From positions 1-60,018 of the IMG/VR virus record IMGVR_UViG_3300007513_000043: DNA of 60,018 nucleotides, one strand, 5' to 3'. The notes below the pieces were generated by a model that searched no databases, was not told where the DNA came from, and saw only the letters and a list, made by a program, of their open reading frames with translations. Position numbers and translations under genes: made by a program. Below are positions 1-8,887 of the stretch, one piece after another. Within the stretch, counting starts at the first letter, position 1. Each line of letters begins with the position of its first letter. The stretch is from a virus. Lineage: Duplodnaviria; Caudoviricetes.

Positions 1-119
1 CAGAGAGACCTTGAAAGGAGGGACGGAGAATGAGTAAATCAATCAAGAATATTAAAAACATATCTCAATTAATAGATTATATAGGAATTGAAAGGGAAAA
101 ATTCAACCCTATATCAGAC
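1..119. repeat. Terminal direct repeat, copy 1 (assembly circularisation overlap)
   Basis: 1-119 is identical to 59900-60018 and falls inside coding sequence. Confidence 0.95.
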
Positions 120-215
120 GATGACAGAAGTCCTCAAGTTATGGAGTGTAGAAACTTGTTGTGCGATATTGAGTCGGTTCTAATAACCTTAGCATATGGG
201 AGGGACAACGAATGA
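30..215 (+). CDS. hypothetical early protein
   Basis: GGAG RBS; ATGA overlap with the upstream ORF across the join. Confidence 0.7.
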   Translation: MSKSIKNIKNISQLIDYIGIEREKFNPISDDDRSPQVMECRNLLCDIESVLITLAYGRDNE

Positions 216-373
216 GTAACATAATGGATATATGCAACACTGACGAGTTTGAATTCTTTTTAATTTGGCTTGTTGATGTGAAGGGTTTCGAAGATGCAAA
301 GTTTATGATAGATGTGGCTTGTAATCCTCACAAATATAACAAGTACTATCAAGAGTATAAGGAGACCGAATGA
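212..373 (+). CDS. hypothetical early protein (53 aa, not in ORF track)
   Basis: MSNIMDICNTDEF...; GGAGG RBS; ATGA overlaps at both ends. Confidence 0.7.
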   Translation: MSNIMDICNTDEFEFFLIWLVDVKGFEDAKFMIDVACNPHKYNKYYQEYKETE

Positions 374-573
374 AAATCACATCACAAACTCGAGAAGACT
401 ATCAGAGATTTAAATTACATCATTCTTTGAGCATATTAAGAACAATAGATGTTGCTTTAAAGTCGAAGGTGTCTCTTGTGGCTCTTGGAAAGATATTAAG
501 AACATTAGAGCCTAAAATTGATGACGCAATAGACACTAAAAGAATATTAAATGAATGGAGGAAAGGTAAATGA
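370..573 (+). CDS. hypothetical early protein
   Basis: AAGGAG RBS; translationally coupled. Confidence 0.7.
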   Translation: MKITSQTREDYQRFKLHHSLSILRTIDVALKSKVSLVALGKILRTLEPKIDDAIDTKRILNEWRKGK

Positions 574-800
574 AATCATATAGAATACTATGGATTAAAG
601 ATGAGTATATAAAACATTCAATATATGCCCAGTTTTCATCAGAAGGTGTAGCAAAGGCATATGCAGAAGGTTGTAGAGACGGGTGGACTGAGGGGTATGA
701 AGAGAATGTTCAAGTCATACTTGCAGTTGATGAGAGAACACCCGAGAGAATAAAAGAACACTATCAAATAGAAAAGGAGAACGAAGATGAGAGCAAGTAA
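570..800 (+). CDS. hypothetical early protein
   Basis: RBS; coupled operon. Confidence 0.7.
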   Translation: MKSYRILWIKDEYIKHSIYAQFSSEGVAKAYAEGCRDGWTEGYEENVQVILAVDERTPERIKEHYQIEKENEDESK

Positions 801-963
801 AATAAACCTAAAAGAATGTACATACGAGCAAATGGAAGATGAGTGTTTCGAGGTAATGGGAACACCATACGGACATAACATAATAAGTTGTATCTGTCAA
901 GTTGCCGAAGACAGATTTGGTAAAGAGAAGGCTGAATCACTATTTAAACGATATCAACAATAA
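787..963 (+). CDS. hypothetical early protein (58 aa, not in ORF track)
   Basis: MRASKINLKEC...; AAGGAG RBS; fills the gap between neighbours. Confidence 0.65.
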   Translation: MRASKINLKECTYEQMEDECFEVMGTPYGHNIISCICQVAEDRFGKEKAESLFKRYQQ

Positions 964-972
964 GGAGAACGA

Positions 973-1299
973 ATGAAAAGAATAGAAGAGGCTTACATAG
1001 GATTAGAGTTAGGCACACATACGTGGAACGTAGACATAGAGAACAATGCAATGGAGGATATACTCGATGCTGGTATTGGGTGTTATCCCGAAGACATATA
1101 TGCTTTAATATATAAAGGATATAGTTGTTCGGAAGAGAAACTGAAAATGATGCTTAACGAACCCGATAATTCTAATAATATGCTATACCCACTTGATTGT
1201 TACAGAGATTTATCTTATGACGATTGGTTGGAGTATAAAAAGGAATGGGACGAGTTTGAGAAAGAGGCAGAGAAAAGAAAAAAGGAGCAATTAGGATAA
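973..1299 (+). CDS. hypothetical early protein
   Basis: TAAGGAG RBS. Confidence 0.75.
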   Translation: MKRIEEAYIGLELGTHTWNVDIENNAMEDILDAGIGCYPEDIYALIYKGYSCSEEKLKMMLNEPDNSNNMLYPLDCYRDLSYDDWLEYKKEWDEFEKEAEKRKKEQLG

Positions 1300-1544
1300 T
1301 GAACTTATTCGAACAGAACCAACACAAACCAACAACCAAAACTGGTAAGGTCTTGGCTCACTTACAAGAACACGGCAGTATAACCTCGTGGGACGCAATT
1401 CAGTTATATAGAGCAACGAGATTGTCGGCAATAATCTTTAACCTTCGTGAAGAAGGATATGATATATGGAGTGAGAATTGCAACGACAAGGAAACTAAGA
1501 CACACTGGGTTAATTATATATATAAAGGGAAGGAGAGCAAATGA
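1299..1544 (+). CDS. winged helix-turn-helix DNA-binding protein (HTH_39-like)
   Basis: VLAHLQEHGSITSWDAIQLYRATRLSAIIFNLREEGYDI pattern. Confidence 0.8.
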   Translation: MNLFEQNQHKPTTKTGKVLAHLQEHGSITSWDAIQLYRATRLSAIIFNLREEGYDIWSENCNDKETKTHWVNYIYKGKESK

Positions 1545-1972
1545 TAGAGTATAGAGGCGAGGTAACAATAAAAACAAATGGAACTGACGGAAGACCAACC
1601 GAGATACATCACGGCTCGGGGTACTATGACACCAAAGAGCAAGTAGAGAGGTGGTTTAAGTTAGAAAGAACGTGCTTAATGGAAGGGGACGAGGTTCTTA
1701 AAGAGAAGATAGAGACGTGTGAGATTAATATGACCGACAATGAAGACGTAGCCAAGAAAGAAGGTTATAAACCCTTTGGAGTTACAATATGGGAAGAGTG
1801 TAAATACTATAAAACCTATTGGGCAAAGGATAAGGAGGCTATGGAGACAGAGGACGCAACAGAGATTATATCTAATGACTTTTCTGACGGACACTTTGAA
1901 TGGTGTAAGGGGTCAGAAGATTGGGATATAGACGAGGTTCATCAACCAATACCAGTAAAGGACAGCAAATGA
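1541..1972 (+). CDS. hypothetical early protein
   Basis: AAGGAG RBS; coupled. Confidence 0.75.
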   Translation: MIEYRGEVTIKTNGTDGRPTEIHHGSGYYDTKEQVERWFKLERTCLMEGDEVLKEKIETCEINMTDNEDVAKKEGYKPFGVTIWEECKYYKTYWAKDKEAMETEDATEIISNDFSDGHFEWCKGSEDWDIDEVHQPIPVKDSK

Positions 1973-2166
1973 AAAAGAAAAAAGATTGTTGTGTCCCTAA
2001 CATTCATAAAGATAGGAAAAAAAATATGACGGAGGATTATTTAGATGCCTTCGACCATATAAGGAGTTTAGCAGACCTTGAGTGGAATGGGAGTATAACA
2101 AGAGAAACATACTTTAACCGAATAGATGATATAATAACAAAAATAAGCGAAAAGGAGAACAAATAA
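1969..2166 (+). CDS. hypothetical protein (start revised to MKKKKDCC)
   Basis: ATGA overlap and AAGGA RBS at 1969. Confidence 0.6.
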   Translation: MKKKKDCCVPNIHKDRKKNMTEDYLDAFDHIRSLADLEWNGSITRETYFNRIDDIITKISEKENK

Positions 2167-2726
2167 TGCATTACGTAATCAGAGCATTGGTGTATGCTGA
2201 TACACCCGAAGAGGCTTTACAAAAAGCAAAATATGATGTGTTTGAGAAACTGGTAGACCCCGAGTACAATAGTGGTTTTGACTACTATCAAACATTTGAC
2301 AACGAAGGCTCTTGCGTTAGTGGGAGGGGTCGCTGGGGAGATTTACCAGCAGTAATGAGAGCAGATAGCAAAGAAGGAAAGATGTATATAAAAGAGGGTT
2401 GGAAATATATGTGCCGAGAACAAAAATACCATATGGACAAGATAAGAAAGTGGTTTAAGAAAGGTCGCACACTACACGACCTTCGCAGTGGAGATTACAA
2501 AAGAACAGACGGAATGATTAAATATCATTTTAATCGCATTGGTTCATATAGTGGAGACACCTACCTTCTTTATGATAATGACGGAGAGGCAATATACACC
2601 AAAAGACACCTTAAAGATGTAATGGAGAGGTGGGATTCTATATATGGAGATAAAGAGAAACACGCAAGAAACCCATATGATGCTCACGACCACATCTACG
2701 TTGTTTTAGCAGATGTTCACGGATAG
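2166..2726 (+). CDS. hypothetical phage protein
   Basis: 186-aa ORF with AAGGAG RBS. Confidence 0.8.
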   Translation: MHYVIRALVYADTPEEALQKAKYDVFEKLVDPEYNSGFDYYQTFDNEGSCVSGRGRWGDLPAVMRADSKEGKMYIKEGWKYMCREQKYHMDKIRKWFKKGRTLHDLRSGDYKRTDGMIKYHFNRIGSYSGDTYLLYDNDGEAIYTKRHLKDVMERWDSIYGDKEKHARNPYDAHDHIYVVLADVHG

Positions 2727-2736
2727 AAAACAATCA

Positions 2737-2766
2737 TTGACAATTACTACTAATGTTACGTATATT
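2737..2766 (+). promoter_or_regulatory. sigma70-type promoter with TTACGTA box
   Basis: TTGACA-18bp-TATATT in an intergenic gap. Confidence 0.7.
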
Positions 2767-2789
2767 ACATATGATGTGTGGAGGTTAAT

Positions 2790-3023
2790 ATGATTATAAT
2801 GGTCAAAAAAGGGTTGTTAGGACAATACACAATCCCCTACGGAGTGTATTTCGAGAAAAATAGTGTTCTTACTATGAACGAAATACTCAACTGGGATTTG
2901 GTCGTTGAAAATATAACAAACCTTAAAATAAGAAATAAAGTAATAGCAGAAGGTGTTTTATTCGGAGACGAATACCCACCAGATACACCTATTACAGAGG
3001 GGAGACGGAATGAAGACTTGTGA
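2790..3023 (+). CDS. hypothetical protein
   Basis: GGAGG RBS before ATG 2790. Confidence 0.6.
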   Translation: MIIMVKKGLLGQYTIPYGVYFEKNSVLTMNEILNWDLVVENITNLKIRNKVIAEGVLFGDEYPPDTPITEGRRNEDL

Positions 3024-3213
3024 TATGAACGTGCGTGGTATAGATTCAAAACTATATAGAGAGTTTAAATCAAAGGTATACAGCAAGGGTTATAAAAACG
3101 TCAAGGAGTGTATGACACACCTTATGATGAAATTTGTTAATTCGAGCGAGAAGAAGAATGGTGTTGATTTCTTTGATTCAGACTTTAAGCCACACCAATC
3201 TCGCAACAATTAA
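3010..3213 (+). CDS. ribbon-helix-helix DNA-binding protein (putative)
   Basis: MNVRGIDSKLYREFKSKV strand-helix-helix pattern; GGAG RBS; start revised to 3010. Confidence 0.6.
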   Translation: MKTCDMNVRGIDSKLYREFKSKVYSKGYKNVKECMTHLMMKFVNSSEKKNGVDFFDSDFKPHQSRNN

Positions 3214-3397
3214 TTAAATGAATATATTTCTCGGGGATACAATCAGAAATAAACTCAAGAGCAATGTTTGGCTCATCGCCTTCTAATAAGGTCTTATCTG
3301 AATTTGCCTTGTCAATATATTCACACAAACCAGTGCATTCTCCAGTTGCATCGTTATACCATATTTTAAGAGTGTAAACTTTTTTACCTTTCTTCAT
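3185..3397 (-). CDS. hypothetical protein; lone antisense gene in the early arc
   Basis: Own -10 (TAGATT) 5 nt upstream of ATG; fills the gap between + genes. Confidence 0.6.
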   Translation of the reverse strand: MKKGKKVYTLKIWYNDATGECTGLCEYIDKANSDKTLLEGDEPNIALEFISDCIPEKYIHLINCCEIGVA

Positions 3398-3402
3398 ATG
3401 GT

Positions 3403-3467
3403 AATCTACGTAACAGAATGCAAAAATAAAATAAATAGTTTGTAAATTAATATTTACAGATTAAATT
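3403..3467. promoter_or_regulatory. divergent promoters with palindromic operator TGTAAAT-N4-ATTTACA (3441-3458)
   Basis: - strand -10 at 3403-3408; + strand TTGTAA...TAAATT ending 6 nt before ATG 3474. Confidence 0.6.
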
Positions 3468-3473
3468 AGAGGT

Positions 3474-3680
3474 ATGGCAATGGATTACATAAAGCAACAT
3501 ATAGATGATAATGGGATAAAGCACACTTGGGTAGCAGATAAGTTACACATAAGCAAGTCCTACCTATCTCTGATACTTTCGGGGACTCGGACGGCACCGA
3601 GTTGGTTCGAAAAAGAGGTTGTAAAGTTACTTAAAATAAACAAAGGGGAAATAAATGAGTTCAGAAAATCCGACCTATGA
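3474..3680 (+). CDS. XRE/Cro-like HTH transcriptional regulator
   Basis: GIKHTWVADKLHISKSYLSLILSGTR HTH. Confidence 0.85.
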   Translation: MAMDYIKQHIDDNGIKHTWVADKLHISKSYLSLILSGTRTAPSWFEKEVVKLLKINKGEINEFRKSDL

Positions 3681-4374
3681 AGGGGTGTGGGAGAGACTAT
3701 CCAATGTTGATGTTTCAGAACACATCGAAGTAATAAAAACAAATAGTTCCTTCCAACCAAAGTATCTATCTTGGGCTTGGGCTTGGGGGGTTATGATGCA
3801 ACACTATTCGGACTTTAGATTTGAGTTTACTCAATGGGAGTATCCGGAGGGTGTAATGAAGGACGTGTTGGTTCACGAAGACAAGTCTTGTATGGTAGAG
3901 GTAACTTGTAGAATAGGCTCTCTACATAGAACAATGTGGTTAGCCGTTATGAACTACAAGCACGAGAGTATACCAAATCCAAGCACAGCACAGATAAATA
4001 AGGCTAAAATGAGATGCCTCGTTAAGTGTATGGCTCTGTATGGACTGGGTCACTATATCTATGCTGGAGAAGACTTGCCCGAACAACCCAAAGAAAAACC
4101 AAAAAAGAAACCACCAGCAAAGAAACTCAAAGAGACTGCTAAAAAGAAACCAAAACCAGTGTTAAGAGCGAATCAAGAAGAGTTAAACGAGCCTATTGAT
4201 TTAAGAAACGATTATATTAAATTGATAAGTGAGGGACTTGATAGCGATGTTTTTGATGAGAACAACAAGGCAAGTATAACAAACTTTCTTGCTGGAGTAA
4301 CAGACACAACCACTGACCAAGAGTTGGAAAAGTGGGCAAACAGAATACAATCATTAATAAAGGAGAATAAATAA
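3655..4374 (+). CDS. single-strand annealing protein, DUF1071/Sak3 (Rad52-like)
   Basis: YLSWAWAW and INKAKMRCLVKCMALYGLGHYIYAGEDLP motifs. Confidence 0.85.
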   Translation: MSSENPTYEGVWERLSNVDVSEHIEVIKTNSSFQPKYLSWAWAWGVMMQHYSDFRFEFTQWEYPEGVMKDVLVHEDKSCMVEVTCRIGSLHRTMWLAVMNYKHESIPNPSTAQINKAKMRCLVKCMALYGLGHYIYAGEDLPEQPKEKPKKKPPAKKLKETAKKKPKPVLRANQEELNEPIDLRNDYIKLISEGLDSDVFDENNKASITNFLAGVTDTTTDQELEKWANRIQSLIKENK

Positions 4375-4547
4375 TGGGAAGAATATATTCAGAAGAAGAA
4401 AGAAAAGACATTGCAAGATATACTAAAAGGTTAAGGTGGAATCCTCACACAGAAAAGCAGTACTGGGAAATAGTAAAAGATAAGAAAGAGGTAGTAGGAA
4501 CTGCACCTTTCTCAATGTTCAAAGATTATAATAAAGGAGATGAATAA
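4374..4547 (+). CDS. hypothetical protein (57 aa, not in ORF track)
   Basis: MGRIYSEEERK...; AAGGAG RBS; TAATG overlaps at both ends. Confidence 0.65.
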   Translation: MGRIYSEEERKDIARYTKRLRWNPHTEKQYWEIVKDKKEVVGTAPFSMFKDYNKGDE

Positions 4548-4930
4548 TGGCGATTCTTAAATTTAGCGAACACTCAAACCTAAAGGTTAAATTAGAGTAT
4601 GCTACTGGTAAGGAGGTGGAAAGTCAATTTAAAGATAAGGACGGAAACCCACGAAAGCAGTTTATGTGGAGATGCAATGGAGATGATATAATATATGCAA
4701 GTCCTTCTTTAAATGCTATGTTGATGCAAGAGACTAAGGGAATGGTTGCTGGTACAGAGGTGGAAATCAAAAAAGTCGATAGTGGAAACACCGACCCTAA
4801 CGGGAAAAAGATACTTATCTTTGCAGTTAACAACAGAACAATGGATATGCGTAACAAAGGGGTTGAGGCTGAAGAGGATATATCTAAAGATGAAAGTGTT
4901 GAGGTAACCGATGAAGACATACCATTTTAA
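4547..4930 (+). CDS. putative single-stranded DNA-binding protein
   Basis: Acidic tail ending DEDIPF; lies between the annealing protein and the initiator. Confidence 0.65.
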   Translation: MAILKFSEHSNLKVKLEYATGKEVESQFKDKDGNPRKQFMWRCNGDDIIYASPSLNAMLMQETKGMVAGTEVEIKKVDSGNTDPNGKKILIFAVNNRTMDMRNKGVEAEEDISKDESVEVTDEDIPF

Positions 4931-5679
4931 TGGCTAAGAGATTCACAGACAACCAAAAATGGAATAGAAACTGGTTTATGGAACTATCTAAGGACGAAAA
5001 ACTATTATGGTTATATATATTAGATAATTGCGAACCAAATGGTTTATTCGACCCTAACTGGAAACTTATAAACTTTATGTTGGAAACAAACTTTAACGAC
5101 ATTCCAAAGGCTTTAGAAAAGCAATTAGTGAGAACCAATCACTCACGCAAAATATTTGTGGAAGATTTCGTTAACTTTCAATATGGAGATTTAAAGGATA
5201 CAAGCAACCTTCATAAACGTATTCATATTGTCTTAAAGGATTTCGGTATCGATATTCCAATTGGTAAGGGTTCCGGAACCCCTAAGGCAGAGACTAAGAG
5301 TAAGAGTAAGAGTAGTATTAAAAGTAATGTAAAGAAGAAGGACGTATCATTAGAAAGTATAGACCAAAAGTTCTTGAATGATTTACAACTTGCAAACCTA
5401 TCTGTTGATGTTAAAGACCAGTTTGAAAGGTTTAAAGACCACTTGTCTGCTAATGGAAAAACATACAAGGATTATCAAGCTGGGTTTAGGAACTGGGTTA
5501 AAAGTCCTTATGTGGAAAAGACAGATAGAATAAGAAATAAGATGCACGAAGAAAAGAAAACGCAAGAGAGAAGAAGGGAACTTGAAGAGCCAGTTGAATA
5601 TGCATCTACAGAAGAGATAAAAGAGGCTTTACAAAACGTTAATCAAGTCAAGGATAAAATGAAATGGAAGACAAGTTAG
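4930..5679 (+). CDS. replication initiator / replisome organiser
   Basis: N-terminal KLLWLYILDNC helical domain, KSKSKS linker, C-terminal NGKTYKDYQAGFRNW motif. Confidence 0.7.
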   Translation: MAKRFTDNQKWNRNWFMELSKDEKLLWLYILDNCEPNGLFDPNWKLINFMLETNFNDIPKALEKQLVRTNHSRKIFVEDFVNFQYGDLKDTSNLHKRIHIVLKDFGIDIPIGKGSGTPKAETKSKSKSSIKSNVKKKDVSLESIDQKFLNDLQLANLSVDVKDQFERFKDHLSANGKTYKDYQAGFRNWVKSPYVEKTDRIRNKMHEEKKTQERRRELEEPVEYASTEEIKEALQNVNQVKDKMKWKTS

Positions 5680-5876
5680 ATATAACGACACTCTTGGAGT
5701 TTTTAGAGTGGTCTGGTGCCGACTTATATTTCAAGAATGTTCCTTTTTTAACAGATAGACACAATCTTACCATTAATAAGATTGATAAGGTCAAACTGAT
5801 AAAATGGGTTCAAGATTTTAATGATAAGCAAGGTCTGATATCTGAAGACGAAAGCACTGAAGACCCGATAAGGTAA
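5664..5876 (+). CDS. hypothetical protein
   Basis: ORF overlapping the initiator stop. Confidence 0.55.
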   Translation: MEDKLDITTLLEFLEWSGADLYFKNVPFLTDRHNLTINKIDKVKLIKWVQDFNDKQGLISEDESTEDPIR

Positions 5877-5974
5877 CTCGAAGGTAGTCGTCTTTAACCT
5901 ATAGGGGTAGAGCGCTATAAATAGCCACCTCGCTTTGGGCGAGGTATCTTCTGCGCAGAGGATATTTCGCCCTA
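5844..5974 (+). ncRNA. candidate structured RNA (multi-hairpin junction)
   Basis: Stems AAGACGA/TCGTCTT, TAGGG/CCCTA, GCTA/TAGC, ACCTCGC/GCGAGGT and ATCTTCT/AGAGGAT in a GC-rich gap. Confidence 0.45.
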
Positions 5975-5989
5975 AAATTAAGGAGAATA

Positions 5990-6730
5990 ATGATTAATCC
6001 AATAGAAACATACAACGCATATCTACAAGAAATAAATGGATATGAACAAGAAAAAAGATTGAAGGATAACCCCAATAGTTATAGTGCATCTGGAGCTGGT
6101 CTTTGTCATAGAAAGCACTACTATAACATTAGAAAATATGATAAAAAAACAATATCTGATGACTCGCTAAGGATACTAAGGTTGGGGACTATAATGGGAG
6201 AGGATTTTAGGAAGGCTATTGATAATATTGTGCTTGACAATCCCAATGTATCTGTTTATCAAGAAACACTAATGTCTTCAAAGATGCTGAATATAAAAGG
6301 GCATTGTGATTTGTTGCTCGTAGAAAATGGTATAGGTAAGATGTATGACTGGAAGACGTGTAACTCATTCAAGTTCAAGCACATAGTAAATGGAAATCAC
6401 ACGTCAGAGAACTATGAACTACAAGTTGGAACATACTCTCTTATGGCTCTTGAAATGGGCTTATGTAAAGAAATAAACCATATGGCTTTACTATACTATA
6501 GCAAGAACGACAGCAAAATGAAAGAGCATATTATTTCTAGCGATGCAATAGATAGAGCGAGAGCATATTGGAGAGACGTTGACCACAATGTTCGCTTATC
6601 AAGTGAGCCAACATTAGTAGACATAGAATTTAAAGAGGGTGTTGCACCAGTGTATAAATGGGAGTGTGGAAAGTATTGTGATTACTCTCCTATTTGCCCT
6701 TCGCCACTTAATAAAGAGTTTGTAAAATAG
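5990..6730 (+). CDS. Cas4-like PD-(D/E)XK exonuclease with Fe-S cysteines
   Basis: SASGAGLCHRK, GHCDLL...YDWKT, QVGTY, C-terminal CGKYCDYSPIC. Confidence 0.85.
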   Translation: MINPIETYNAYLQEINGYEQEKRLKDNPNSYSASGAGLCHRKHYYNIRKYDKKTISDDSLRILRLGTIMGEDFRKAIDNIVLDNPNVSVYQETLMSSKMLNIKGHCDLLLVENGIGKMYDWKTCNSFKFKHIVNGNHTSENYELQVGTYSLMALEMGLCKEINHMALLYYSKNDSKMKEHIISSDAIDRARAYWRDVDHNVRLSSEPTLVDIEFKEGVAPVYKWECGKYCDYSPICPSPLNKEFVK

Positions 6731-6748
6731 AATCGAGGTAATTATATT

Positions 6749-6961
6749 ATGAGACCGCTATCAACTGAATTGGGATGGATATATATATCCGGAGACGGAA
6801 AGAAATTTCTCAATGAAGAAAAAGCAAGAGAACACCAACGAAAATTAAAATTCGAAGAACTTAAAAAGCAATTAAAACTCAAGCTTAAAATGTCAAAGGT
6901 TGAGGTTTCTAAAATAGAAAAAGAATTGGAAGACGTTGGCAATAGAATTAAATCTAAATAA
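6749..6961 (+). CDS. hypothetical coiled-coil protein
   Basis: GAGG RBS; heptad-like C-terminus. Confidence 0.6.
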   Translation: MRPLSTELGWIYISGDGKKFLNEEKAREHQRKLKFEELKKQLKLKLKMSKVEVSKIEKELEDVGNRIKSK

Positions 6962-7439
6962 TATGTGTTATGTTAGAGTCGAGGGAACTCCCAAACCGCA
7001 AAAAAGACACCGCACATCATCGGTAAACGGGTACATTAGAAATTATGACCCCTCATCAAAGGATAAGAGTATTTTTGAAAAGAAACTTACTCGTAATAAT
7101 CCGAAGTTACTCACTGGAGCGATTTCCCTCACTCTGACATTCTTTATGCCTAGACCTAAAAATCACTACAGAACTGGAAAATATCAAAATAAGCTAAAGA
7201 AGAACTCCCCAGTTTATCATTTGAAAAAACCAGACATAGATAATTTAATTAAGTTCGTACTCGATTGTGGAAACAGCATTTTATGGAAAGATGATTCTCA
7301 GATATTCCAAATTGAGGCACTTAAAAAGTATTGTAAATATCCAAGAACAGAAATAGAATATTGGGAGATACCATATGAAAATACAAAAAAAGGACTTGAA
7401 GGCTCTATCAGTAGTCAACACAGAGATACTGACTTATAA
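6936..7439 (+). CDS. rusA: RusA-family Holliday junction resolvase
   Basis: GTPKPQKRHR; KKPDIDNLIKFVLD...WKDDSQI catalytic motifs. Confidence 0.92.
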   Translation: MAIELNLNNMCYVRVEGTPKPQKRHRTSSVNGYIRNYDPSSKDKSIFEKKLTRNNPKLLTGAISLTLTFFMPRPKNHYRTGKYQNKLKKNSPVYHLKKPDIDNLIKFVLDCGNSILWKDDSQIFQIEALKKYCKYPRTEIEYWEIPYENTKKGLEGSISSQHRDTDL

Positions 7440-8196
7440 TGAGAACTGGAAAGATAAGTATATAAATCCAGAGTTACTATCTAAGGATTGGAAACTATCA
7501 GTAGATGAGTATACAACCAATGGAGTTGGAAGGGAGATTTTTGTGTTCCCTTGTTTTTCTCAACAATATTGCAAGGAAATCATTGAGCTTGCAGAGGGAT
7601 TGGAGCAGTGGTCTTGCGCAAGGCATCAAAATTATCCAACTTATGACATAGAACTAGAGTGGGTTGGGGCGGAAAATGCTTATCTTCATTTTTTATCTGA
7701 ATATATTTATCCTCTTGCTATGTATGCCTTTGGAATGGGGGAGTGGGAAGAGGAGACGGCTACAATAGTTAGAGAATATAAAAACAATCCAGCAACACTG
7801 ATAGCAGAGACTTTTCTTGTTAAATATGATGCAAAAAAGGTATCAAAAAAAGAAAACCACGAAGAGTATGGGGACTGCAAAATGTCCTTTCTACCAACGC
7901 ATATTGATGACAGCGTTGTTAGTATGCTTATTCCCATAAATGATAATTATATGGGCGGAGGGACAAAGTTCCCAAAACAGAACGCAACATTGAGACCCCC
8001 AGCTGGTAGTTGCATTTTGTTTCCCGGGGGCATAACACATCCTCACGGAGCAAAGCTTGTGACAAAGGGTACTAGATATGTTATTGCCTCGTTTATTAAT
8101 ATTGTAAATCAAAATGGAGACGGCTTTGATTGGACTGGTAAGTTGTTAGCTAAAAACTCAAGGGAGGCTGAGACAAAAGCATATGACAGAAAGTGA
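7375..8196 (+). CDS. 2OG-Fe(II) dioxygenase, procollagen lysyl hydroxylase (PLOD)-like domain
   Basis: HID...H...R triad; FPCFSQQYCKEII, YPTYDI, GGGTKF, FPGGITHPHG, GTRYVIASF resemble the PLOD LH domain. Confidence 0.85.
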   Translation: MKIQKKDLKALSVVNTEILTYNENWKDKYINPELLSKDWKLSVDEYTTNGVGREIFVFPCFSQQYCKEIIELAEGLEQWSCARHQNYPTYDIELEWVGAENAYLHFLSEYIYPLAMYAFGMGEWEEETATIVREYKNNPATLIAETFLVKYDAKKVSKKENHEEYGDCKMSFLPTHIDDSVVSMLIPINDNYMGGGTKFPKQNATLRPPAGSCILFPGGITHPHGAKLVTKGTRYVIASFINIVNQNGDGFDWTGKLLAKNSREAETKAYDRK

Positions 8197-8473
8197 GCAA
8201 AGGATTAGAGATTATTTTATTAAAAAATATGGAGAGCCTATGAATAGTTCTATATCTGGTTATAAAAAAAATGAAATGAAACACAGCAAATGTGAAATGT
8301 GTCACGAGGGCATTATGTACAAAGAGTCTTTTAGATATGTTCCACTATTAAAAAAATTAGTAAACTATGATGAATTATGGATATGTAAGGATTGCGCGAA
8401 AAGAGAACACGGGAGCAAAAACAAATATAAATGGAAAGACCTATATAGCAACCTCAAGAAAGGAGTTGGATAA
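8183..8473 (+). CDS. zinc-finger protein
   Basis: CEMC...CKDC. Confidence 0.6.
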   Translation: MTESEQRIRDYFIKKYGEPMNSSISGYKKNEMKHSKCEMCHEGIMYKESFRYVPLLKKLVNYDELWICKDCAKREHGSKNKYKWKDLYSNLKKGVG

Positions 8474-8649
8474 TGGGAATAAGCAATTATGGAGGAGCAT
8501 TAAAACTAAGAGACATAAACAAGCCGGTATTAACACCGCTTGAAAAATACAAACCATATTGGTGTCCTAACAGCCATAGAGAGTGGACTGAAACGTGCGC
8601 CTCTTGTCAGACACTTTATGGACAACAAAGGAGAGACTATGACGAATAA
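8473..8649 (+). CDS. small Cys-containing hypothetical protein (58 aa, not in ORF track)
   Basis: MGISNYGGAL...WCPNSH...CASC; AAGGAG RBS. Confidence 0.55.
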   Translation: MGISNYGGALKLRDINKPVLTPLEKYKPYWCPNSHREWTETCASCQTLYGQQRRDYDE

Positions 8650-8887
8650 AAAGAAAAAAGAAAGAAAAATAGAATCTATTGAGCCTTATAGCGGTCAGTG
8701 GTTGGTTTCTTGGAAAGAGATGCAAAAAGACTCTGAAGACCCACTACCTATGAGACCATTTCCAGATAGAGACTTAGCTGAGGCATACATTGTTGGCTGT
8801 GCTGATGTTATCCAAATAATGAGTAAAAAGAATATCAACTTTAATAAGATTATTGAAGACTTTGAGATAACTTGTGTGGAGGCATAA
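8639..8887 (+). CDS. hypothetical protein (start revised to MTNKKKK)
   Basis: AAAGGAG RBS before ATG 8639. Confidence 0.65.
   Translation: MTNKKKKERKIESIEPYSGQWLVSWKEMQKDSEDPLPMRPFPDRDLAEAYIVGCADVIQIMSKKNINFNKIIEDFEITCVEA

Noticed and set aside
5295-5313. TAAGAG x3 as replication iterons
   Set aside because: Adequately explained by the KSKSKS linker of the initiator; too short to call an origin.
5856-5892. Hammerhead ribozyme (CTGAAGA...CGAA)
   Set aside because: The required GAAA is GAAG, and stems I and III with a UH site could not be built.
5990-6730. CRISPR-Cas system
   Set aside because: The Cas4-like nuclease is solo, in a recombination module; no repeat-spacer array or other cas genes seen.
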